Source: Candidatus Binatia bacterium
GTDB taxonomy: Bacteria; Desulfobacterota; Binatia; HRBIN30
Direction of reading: 5' to 3'
Assembly (NCBI GenBank): GCA_038245295.1
Contig: JBBRSP010000007.1
Location: 1 to 64,000, forward strand
Length of the DNA: 64,000 nt
Within the stretch, counting starts at the first letter, position 1, and every line of letters starts with the position of its first letter. Of this stretch, positions 57,103 through 64,000 are shown in pieces. The notes under the pieces are model-generated. The model did not search any database, had not been told where the DNA came from, and saw only the letters and a program-made list of their open reading frames with translations. Position numbers and translations under genes: made by a program.

Positions 57103-58053
57103 ATGAAGATCCCGCAGAATTCTTTTGTGAACAGAACATTGCTTCGGGTGCGTACGGAACTGCCGCGGCTGGCATTATGCCTTCTCGCGATCGGCCTGCG
57201 GCCCGTCCACGTTGCTCACGCTGCGACTACACCCTTGCTTGCTGCAAGCGCACAGGCAGTGGCCGCGAGCTGCATCGGCGATTGTGATGCCAGCGGCGGT
57301 GTAACCATCGACGAGTTGATCGCGGGCGTGAACATCGCGCTCGGCAATGCCGCGTTGACCGTGTGCCCGGTGTTCGATTGCAACGGCAGCGGTGAAGTCA
57401 CCATCAACTGCCTGGTGAGCGCCGTGAACGCTGCCCTCAATGGCTGCCCGGCCCCACCCGTACCAAGCGCGACATCGACACCGGCGGCCACGGAGACAGC
57501 AATCGAGGTGGCAACGGCAACCTTGACGCCGACGCCAACACAACCCCCGATTGACACAGCAACAGCCGCACCCTCGCCCTCGGCATCACCTTCGCGCACC
57601 GCGACGGCGACGGCGACACCCACACAACCACCGGTTGCCACAGCAACAGCCACACGATCGCCCTCGGCATCACCTTCGCGCACTGCGACGGCGACGGCGA
57701 CACCCACAACCGCGACGTCAACCGCAACCCTGGCAACCATCCAAAGCACCATCTTCTCGCCGAGCTGCACCGACGCCGGTTGCCACAACAGTGCCGTCCG
57801 CGCCGGCAGCCTAAATCTCGAAGCCGGCAAGTCATACGACGAGTTGGTCAACGTCACGAGCTTCAGCTACTTCGCCCAGCAGGCAGGGACACTGCGTGTC
57901 AAACCCGGCGATCCGGCCAACAGCTTTCTGCTGATCAAGTGTGGCACTCCCGCCGGCCAGTTCGGCTCGATCATGCCGCTCGGCAAAGCGCATTTGACCG
58001 CCGATCAGCTCCAACTCCTGAAAGACTGGATCACCAACGGCGCCTTGCCCTGA
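57103..58053 (+). CDS. Secreted dockerin-like module + PT linker + CX4CH cytochrome-c-like domain
   Basis: CIGDCDASGGVTIDELIAGVNIALG; CTDAGCH..GSLNL..VKPGDPANSFL..MP..WITNGA; start uncertain. Confidence 0.75.
   Translation: MKIPQNSFVNRTLLRVRTELPRLALCLLAIGLRPVHVAHAATTPLLAASAQAVAASCIGDCDASGGVTIDELIAGVNIALGNAALTVCPVFDCNGSGEVTINCLVSAVNAALNGCPAPPVPSATSTPAATETAIEVATATLTPTPTQPPIDTATAAPSPSASPSRTATATATPTQPPVATATATRSPSASPSRTATATATPTTATSTATLATIQSTIFSPSCTDAGCHNSAVRAGSLNLEAGKSYDELVNVTSFSYFAQQAGTLRVKPGDPANSFLLIKCGTPAGQFGSIMPLGKAHLTADQLQLLKDWITNGALP
57532..57699 (+). repeat. 84-bp tandem duplication encoding the PT/S linker
   Basis: TPTQPP..TAT...SPSASPSRTATATA twice. Confidence 0.8.
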
Positions 58054-58190
58054 AGAAACCGCCTCCCCCCTTCCGCCGCGAACGAATCGTGCCCCTCCTG
58101 GGGTCGCATTCTGATTCGTCGGAAGTGGGGGCGTTCCCAATTCCTGCACCCTCGAAACTTGTCGTTTGGTGACGCGTCTTCCGTGCCGCA

Positions 58191-58325
58191 TCGCCGGCCT
58201 CACCCATCAACATCCGGGGACAGGCGGCTCATGTCAGGCGCCAACGAACTGCACCGCTGGCAAGGTCGGCGCGCCGTGTAGTGGCACACCCAGAAGCAGC
58301 GCAATGTCAGCGGCGATACCAACTG
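58191..58325 (+). pseudogene. Frameshifted C-terminal remnant of a third monooxygenase-like paralog
   Basis: GGSCQAPTNCTAGKVGAPCSG, then (shifted) QKQRNVSGDT, matches GGPCNIPTNCTNGLVGQPCSG..RNASCDS of paralog 2. Confidence 0.65.
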
Positions 58326-58327
58326 CG

Positions 58328-59197
58328 CTAGCGGAGCTTGCGCAACCTCGGCACAGCCTTCTTCCGCGGCGATGCGCGGCCGGCAAAGCGGTGCAGCAAT
58401 CGCGCGCCCAGTGTTGCGTCCGGATCATTGCGGCGCCTGCGCTGCAGCAGCTTGATGCCGCGTTCGACGGCGGCCGACACTTCGGCGCGCAATTCGAGAC
58501 AGGCGACCTGATCGTCGGCACGCCCGGCCCACGGCTGCGTTTCAATTGGTGCTCCGAAGCGGAAATAGAACCGTTGCGGCCGCGGCAGCGGCCCGATGCC
58601 GGCAACGACGGGCGGCAATTCGTCGGCCCGCGGTGTCAGCGACTCGAGAAAGGGACCGATCGGGCTGCGCCGCATCTCGTCGCTATCAATGAGGATGTCG
58701 TAACACTCTTCGGCGCCGACCGAGGCGAACGGGACAATCGGATAGCCGTGCTTGATCGCCAGCGCGGCGAAGCCGATGCGGTTCTTCCAGATCAGGTGAT
58801 ACTGCTCGCCCTTGTGCTTGAAGACCTCGCGACCACCACCTGGAAAAACGAGGACCGATTCGCCGGCGCGCATCAGGGCGGAGCAGTTGTCACGCGTCCC
58901 GTCGACCGCTCCGAAACGCGTCAACACGTCGCGCCACAGCGGCACCTGGAAATGCAGATGATCCCCGAGGGCGCGCACCATCAAACCGGTACGCTCGTGC
59001 AAGCCGAGCAGCATCAGCGGGATGTCGAGCACCCCCATGAGAGTGTGATTACCGACCAACAGGAACGGTCGGTCGGTCGGGACGTTCTCCACCCCGACGA
59101 ACAGGGGGGATGTCAGCATTCGCCACGGCTCGAGTAGAACCCGTGCCGCGGCCATGGCTTCGGCAGTCGGCCGGCGTCCGGCGACGGCGCGTCTCAT
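58328..59197 (-). CDS. Lysophospholipid/DGAT2-like acyltransferase
   Basis: VGNHT...LD, VFPGG.RE, WK.RIGFA.LA, YFRFG.PI. Confidence 0.85.
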   Translation of the reverse strand: MRRAVAGRRPTAEAMAAARVLLEPWRMLTSPLFVGVENVPTDRPFLLVGNHTLMGVLDIPLMLLGLHERTGLMVRALGDHLHFQVPLWRDVLTRFGAVDGTRDNCSALMRAGESVLVFPGGGREVFKHKGEQYHLIWKNRIGFAALAIKHGYPIVPFASVGAEECYDILIDSDEMRRSPIGPFLESLTPRADELPPVVAGIGPLPRPQRFYFRFGAPIETQPWAGRADDQVACLELRAEVSAAVERGIKLLQRRRRNDPDATLGARLLHRFAGRASPRKKAVPRLRKLR

Positions 59198-59551
59198 TCT
59201 GCACGAGCTACCCCGCTTGCACTTATCGCGTCAATCTCAGGGCACACCCGTCAGTCGACCGGACGCGTTCAACAGAAACGTCCGTGGCGGACCGATAATG
59301 GAGGTGGTGATAGGGGGCGGGCGTCGGGCGGGTCGCGCGGCAATTCGCCTTCGCGTTTTGCAGAACGGAGTCGGGCTTGTTCTTCTCCGAAGCGCGCGGC
59401 GCGAAGGGGAGCCCCCAGGCCCGCAGCCGGCGGATCGTCCTCAGCAAATCCAGACAGTTTTTAGCCGCACCGCCGGGGCGGCGTGAGGGCACGCCGACTC
59501 CGTCCCCGCACGCCGTGCAAAGTCGCGTCGGGCGGTTGCGCGTGCTGATGG

Positions 59552-60982
59552 TCAGTCGTCGGCTCCAGGTTGTTGTTCGCGGCTCGCCTGCCAACCGAAC
59601 AGCCCATCGCGGCGGATGATGTCGACGATGGCGGCCGGCACGAGTTGCTCCCAACTCGGATCACCCGTTTGAATCTTAGCCAAGACCTCGGAGGTCGAGA
59701 TGCTCAAGTAGGCAGGATTGTAGCTGAGTAGTGTCTCAACGAAGCCATTCTCGAGTAGGTAGGCATGCAGGTGGTGCGCCGACGGCGCCACACGCAGGGT
59801 TTCGGCGGTGATGATCTCCCCGGACGTCGGATCGCGATACGGGTAGACGTAAAGCTTGACGTTGTCGCGGCACAACCGACCGGCCGCTTCGAGCATGCCA
59901 CCCGGCAGATCGGCGTAATATCGTGGGTCGGCGACCTCGGTGAGACTCGGGATACCCAGGGCGATACCGATCATCTTCTGGGTGTACTGCGACAGGTATT
60001 CGACGAGGCGGAAGTAACGTCCGAAGTTCGAGATCAACACCGTATGGCCAAGCGCACCCAGAATATCGACGCGCGCCAGGAAATCGCTGTGGTCGATGCC
60101 GCTTGCCGACGTCAGGTTGTGCAGGGTCATCTCGAACAGGACGATCGGCGTGTCGCCGCCCAGGCGCTCGTCTAGGGCAAACCGCGCTTGCGACTGCTGC
60201 AGCAAATCGAAGGTAACGTTGGTGATCGGTCGGAAACTGCCGCGCTCGACCAGAATCGGGCGCTTGTAGAGAACCTCGGAAGGCTGCACGACTTCACCGC
60301 TCGTCTGGAACATGGCGGCATCGGTGAAGCCGTTCTGGACGAGTTGCAGACTCATCAGACGGTTGTCTGCCGCGGCAAACGCCGGACCCGAAAGCTCCAG
60401 CATGTCGATCTCGATGCGGTCGCGCGTCAGATCTTCCATCAAGGCCAACAGCAGCGCCGACGGTTGGCTGTAGTGATAGAATGCCGCGTGGATCAAGTTG
60501 ACGCCGATGATCCCAAGCGCCTCGTGGACCGGTGCACTTTCGCCGTCGAGCAGGTGGGCGTGGATGATGATCTGCGACGCCGCCTCGCCAGGAGTCGTCT
60601 GGAAACGCATGCCGATCCAGCCGTGACCATTCTCCGGACGCGTCGGATTGCGCGTCGCCACGGTATCGGCGAAGGCGAAGAAGGTGCTGTGGTCGCCACG
60701 TTTGGCTTGCAAACGCTCGAGGACGAGAGCGTATTCGTGCGTCAGCATGGCCTCGAGGCGCTGGCGGCTGACGTAGCGCTCGCAACGCCCGTAGATGGCG
60801 TCGCTCACCGACATGTCGTAGGCGGAGATCGTTTTGGCGACCGTGTTGGCGGCGCGGCCGACATGAAAGAACCAGCGCGCCACCTCTTGCCCGGCACCGA
60901 TCTCGGCGAAGGCGCCGTACTTGGCCGGGTCAAGATTGATCTGCAGGGCTTTCTGGAAAGTGCTGGGGGAAGACGCGTCCAT
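59552..60982 (-). CDS. Conserved nucleotidyltransferase-like protein of uncertain function
   Basis: KALQINLD..YG.FAEIGAGQEVARWFF, ERGSFRP.T, W..LVP; start trimmed to MDASSPST. Confidence 0.7.
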   Translation of the reverse strand: MDASSPSTFQKALQINLDPAKYGAFAEIGAGQEVARWFFHVGRAANTVAKTISAYDMSVSDAIYGRCERYVSRQRLEAMLTHEYALVLERLQAKRGDHSTFFAFADTVATRNPTRPENGHGWIGMRFQTTPGEAASQIIIHAHLLDGESAPVHEALGIIGVNLIHAAFYHYSQPSALLLALMEDLTRDRIEIDMLELSGPAFAAADNRLMSLQLVQNGFTDAAMFQTSGEVVQPSEVLYKRPILVERGSFRPITNVTFDLLQQSQARFALDERLGGDTPIVLFEMTLHNLTSASGIDHSDFLARVDILGALGHTVLISNFGRYFRLVEYLSQYTQKMIGIALGIPSLTEVADPRYYADLPGGMLEAAGRLCRDNVKLYVYPYRDPTSGEIITAETLRVAPSAHHLHAYLLENGFVETLLSYNPAYLSISTSEVLAKIQTGDPSWEQLVPAAIVDIIRRDGLFGWQASREQQPGADD

Positions 60983-61524
60983 GTGCGTTTTCTCCCCCCA
61001 GGCAGCGGGCGGCGCAAGTTCTTTTGCCTGTTCTCTTGGTCGGAAAATGAAATGGGGGCACGCGCCAGACGCGCTGCATGCTGTCTGAACACGTGCCCAC
61101 CACGCCCCCGTCGATCGGACTCTTCTGCCCCCAGGAGGGCGCCATGTGTGGCCCCACTCCTTGCTGCCGAAGAATCTGAGTCGGTGTATACGCAACGGTG
61201 ATGCCAACGTGGCGTTCGGGGATCTCGTGGCGCCGGCGGCTGTCGGGCGGCGGCAAGTGGGCAGATATCTTCCCACCCACTGTGCAGGTTTCTGCCACCT
61301 GCCCGGCCCAGCGGAAGCCTGGCTGAGCCCACGAAGTGGTCATAACCTGAGATCGCCCATCTCCGATGAAAAGCAAGCGCCCCCTCTCCCGCATCGGGCG
61401 AACACGTGGATGGCAGGAGAGGGTCGGGGTCAATGTCGTTAAGTTAGTGAGAGAAGTGCGTCGTCCCGGCGGAGGAGACTGGCGATTTTCTCTGATTCAT
61501 CGCTTAAAACTGCGCAAACACCTC

Positions 61525-61604
61525 CGTCATACCGGCGAAAGCCGGTATCTCCTCAGGATTTTTGGTCTCCTCTCGAGGAGAACCCTGCTTTCGCCGGGAT
61601 GACG
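61525..61604. repeat. Family D palindromic repeat
   Basis: CGTCATACCGGCGAAAGCCGGTATC...CTTTCGCCGGGATGACG; a further half-copy lies near 61690-61717. Confidence 0.7.
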
Positions 61605-61774
61605 TTGCTCCATTTCTGTTTATCGACAGCCTCGGAGGCCCGGACCTAGTGATGGAATAGAATCTGCGCGTGATGCTTGGGTTCCATCTCTGGATACCGG
61701 CCTCCGCCGGTATGACGAGGCTCCGCATTGGCCCTGACCTCGCTAACTCAACGACATTGGGGTCGGGGTGAGGG

Positions 61775-61958
61775 GGCTTTGCACAACAATTCGTTGAAAG
61801 CGTTGGGAATGCCCTTCGAGACGGCCCCAAAGGAAGGGACCTCCTCAGGGCGAGCGGAAACTCTGCTGTGAAATCAGCAATCACACCGTTCGGCCTGAGG
61901 AGCCGCCGTCCGTTTGGCGGCGTCTCGAAGGCCTCAGCTCGAATTAATGCGCAAAGCC
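61775..61958. mobile_element. 184-bp MITE with IS903-like TIRs and 9-bp TSD
   Basis: GGCTTTGCACAACAATTC ... GAATTAATGCGCAAAGCC; GGGTGAGGG at 61766-61774 and 61959-61967; interior is the reverse complement of 39858-40068. Confidence 0.8.
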
Positions 61959-61999
61959 GGGTGAGGGCCCGCGTATGCCGGGCTGTACCCACAGACCAA

Positions 62000-62053
62000 C
62001 CCTCACCCCAGCCCTCTCCCAGATGCTGGCAGTCCGGTTGAGCTGAGAGAGGG
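62000..62053. repeat. Family C hairpin repeat
   Basis: CCCTCACCCCAGCCCTCTCCCAG...CTGAGAGAGGG. Confidence 0.7.
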
Positions 62054-62108
62054 AGCGTCTCGAGACCGCAGCCATCTCTTTTCAAAGGAGGTACAGATGG
62101 GCGAACCG

Positions 62109-62131
62109 GTAGGCGCAAGCTTTAGCTTGCG
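62109..62131 (+). repeat. GTAG-type REP, family A, with compensatory stem change
   Basis: GTAGGCGCAAGCTTTAGCTTGCG. Confidence 0.75.
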
Positions 62132-62139
62132 GTGGGTAA

Positions 62140-62182
62140 GTCCGCGTTGAGGAGGCCCTAGGGAGCAGAACTCAACGCGGAC
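62140..62182. terminator. Hairpin downstream of the peroxiredoxin
   Basis: 12-bp stem GTCCGCGTTGAG / CTCAACGCGGAC; no U-tract. Confidence 0.35.
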
Positions 62183-62194
62183 GCTACGAACGCC

Positions 62195-62854
62195 TTACTT
62201 CGGCTGTGGCACGATGCGCAGATACGGCTTCGGGGCCTTCCAGCCGTTCGGATACTTCTGTTTTGCTTCCTCGTCGGAAACGGCCGGGACGATGATGACA
62301 TCCTCGCCGTGTTTCCAGTTCACCGGCGTCGCCACCTTGTGCTTGGCGGTAAGCTGGATGGAATCGAGCACACGCAGCACTTCGTCGAAGTTGCGGCCGG
62401 TGCTCATCGGGTAGGCCAGCATGAGCTTGATCTTCTTGTCCGGGCCAACAACGAAGACCGTCCGGACGGTGGCGTTGGTGGCTGCCGTACGCCCCTCCGA
62501 CGTGGTGCCGGCGCCGGCTTCCAGCATGTCGTAAAGTTTGGCGACCTTCAGCTCGGGGTCGCCGATCATCGGGTAAGTGACCTTGAAACCCTGTGTCTCC
62601 TCGATGTCGCCTTCCCACTTCAAGTGGCTGCTGACGGGATCGACGCTGAGTCCGATGACCTTCGTATTGCGCTTGTCGAACTCGGGTTTGAGGCGAGCCA
62701 TGTAGCCAAGCTCGGTCGTGCACACCGGCGTGAAATCCTTGGGGTGCGAGAACAGGATGGCCCAACCATCACCAATCCAGTCATGGAACGTGATCGGCCC
62801 TTGCGTCGTGTCGGCCGTGAAATTCGGCGCCTCGTCGTTGATGCGTAGCGACAT
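62195..62854 (-). CDS. 1-Cys peroxiredoxin (Prx6 type)
   Basis: FSHPKDFTPVCTTE, YPMSTGRNFDE, ATPVNW, KPYLR. Confidence 0.95.
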   Translation of the reverse strand: MSLRINDEAPNFTADTTQGPITFHDWIGDGWAILFSHPKDFTPVCTTELGYMARLKPEFDKRNTKVIGLSVDPVSSHLKWEGDIEETQGFKVTYPMIGDPELKVAKLYDMLEAGAGTTSEGRTAATNATVRTVFVVGPDKKIKLMLAYPMSTGRNFDEVLRVLDSIQLTAKHKVATPVNWKHGEDVIIVPAVSDEEAKQKYPNGWKAPKPYLRIVPQPK

Positions 62855-63029
62855 GAGTCCTCCTCTGCGCCCTGGGAGGGCGCGCGAACCTCGGATAATG
62901 AGCCGTACGTAAATCAAATTTCCGGATCTTGCGAAAGACACGGCCGGCTTTTGGTCGGTCGCTAGCATCGGGCAACGATCGTTTGGCTTTTGTCGGAACC
63001 ACGCCGGTGATAGAGACCGCGCCACACGT

Positions 63030-63365
63030 ATGGACATCACCGAAACCAGGCACGGGGGTACTCTCGTCGTAACGCTGCAAGGTCGTCTCAACGCGGCGTC
63101 GACGGAGACACTTCAGGAACGGTTGTTGGCGCGCATCGACGCGGACGAGAAACTGATGGTGGTCGATCTGCAGGGGGTCGACTACATCAGCAGCGCCGGA
63201 TTGCGGACGATCCTGATCGCCACCAAGCGCATGCAGGCCAATGACGGCCGACTGGCTCTCTGCTCGCTCACCGACAACGTTGACCAGGTCTTTCGCATGA
63301 GCGGCTTCGACTCGATCATCGAGCTGCACCACGACCTCGCCACGGCGCTCCAAAGTCTCACGTAG
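63030..63365 (+). CDS. STAS-domain anti-sigma factor antagonist
   Basis: GRLNA, VDL.GVDYISSAGLR, VF.MSGF. Confidence 0.9.
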   Translation: MDITETRHGGTLVVTLQGRLNAASTETLQERLLARIDADEKLMVVDLQGVDYISSAGLRTILIATKRMQANDGRLALCSLTDNVDQVFRMSGFDSIIELHHDLATALQSLT

Positions 63366-63406
63366 TCGAGGCTTTCGCCCGGCGATTGTGGCAAGCTGAC
63401 ACCGCC

Positions 63407-64000
63407 ATGTTTGAAGACAGTGCCCGCCTGCGCCTCTTGCACGAGCTAGGCTGCGCCTTTGCGGCGCGCACCGAGCTCGAAGACCTTTGCCGCCTGGTCA
63501 TCTCCAAGTGCGGCGAAGCCCTCCATGCCGAAGGCGTCGGCATCCTGCTGCTCGATGAGAAAAAACAGGAGCTGTACTTCCCCTACGTCGCCAACGAAGA
63601 TCCGGAAGCTGCCCAACGATTGCTGCAGATGCGCTTCGCGGCCACACGCGGCATCGCCGGGGAAGTCTTGCGCAGCGGCAAACCGATCCGCGTCGACGAC
63701 ACGAGTACCGACAGCCGCTTCTACTCCGGCGCCGATCAACAATCGCGCACCACGACGCGTGACCTCATCGCCGCCCCTCTGCGCTCCGAACAGGGCACCA
63801 TCGGTGTGCTGCAGGCGGTGAACCGCCGCACGTCCGCTAGTGCTTCGGCGCATTTCTCCGACGACGATCTGGCCTTCCTCGAAGCCCTGTCCGGCAGCGT
63901 TGCCGTTGCCATCGACAACGCCCGCGCCATGGAGGAACGAGCAGCGTTACGGGCGCTGCGCCGCGAAGTCGAGATCGCCAGCGAGATTCAGCAATCGATC
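63407..64000 (+). CDS. GAF + SpoIIE/RsbU-type phosphatase (runs off window end)
   Basis: Own translation: GIAGEV..GKP..VDD...D.RF...APL....IGVLQAVN...F..DD..FL..AVAIDNA, then REVEIASEIQQS. Confidence 0.8.
   Translation, partial: MFEDSARLRLLHELGCAFAARTELEDLCRLVISKCGEALHAEGVGILLLDEKKQELYFPYVANEDPEAAQRLLQMRFAATRGIAGEVLRSGKPIRVDDTSTDSRFYSGADQQSRTTTRDLIAAPLRSEQGTIGVLQAVNRRTSASASAHFSDDDLAFLEALSGSVAVAIDNARAMEERAALRALRREVEIASEIQQSI

Noticed and set aside
61504..62118. 204-aa ORF on the minus strand
   Set aside because: Composed entirely of translated palindromic repeats and a MITE.
1..64000. CRISPR array, rRNA or tRNA genes
   Set aside because: Repeats are dispersed hairpins, not regularly spaced repeat-spacer units; no cas genes and no recognisable structural RNA motifs.

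Overview
GC-rich bacterial chromosomal window with about 55 genes. No rRNA, tRNA, CRISPR array or intact transposase is recognisable. Repeated Cys-bracketed dockerin-like modules, DUF1329, a MYXO-CTERM-like tail and many lipid enzymes suggest a deltaproteobacterial lineage such as Candidatus Binatia (inference only). Content: (i) secreted proteins, including two paralogous PHM/DBH-type dicopper monooxygenase-like proteins fused to a CX4CH cytochrome-c-like domain and a dockerin-like insert, plus a stand-alone cytochrome-dockerin protein and a fossil third paralog; (ii) a c-type cytochrome cluster with an 11-heme/cytochrome b fusion and a diheme-rhodanese fusion; (iii) a soluble-adenylyl-cyclase-like protein with two complementary cyclase domains, a STAND ATPase and a helical/TPR region; (iv) lipid and hydrophobic-substrate enzymes (desaturase, acyltransferases, WS/DGAT, two CrtI-superfamily oxidoreductases with SCP2-like partners, Coq4-like). 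Intergenic DNA holds nested non-autonomous elements: four MITE classes with distinct terminal repeats and target duplications, carrying or inserted into several REP-like hairpin families. All product calls are from motif recognition by eye; no database searches were run.
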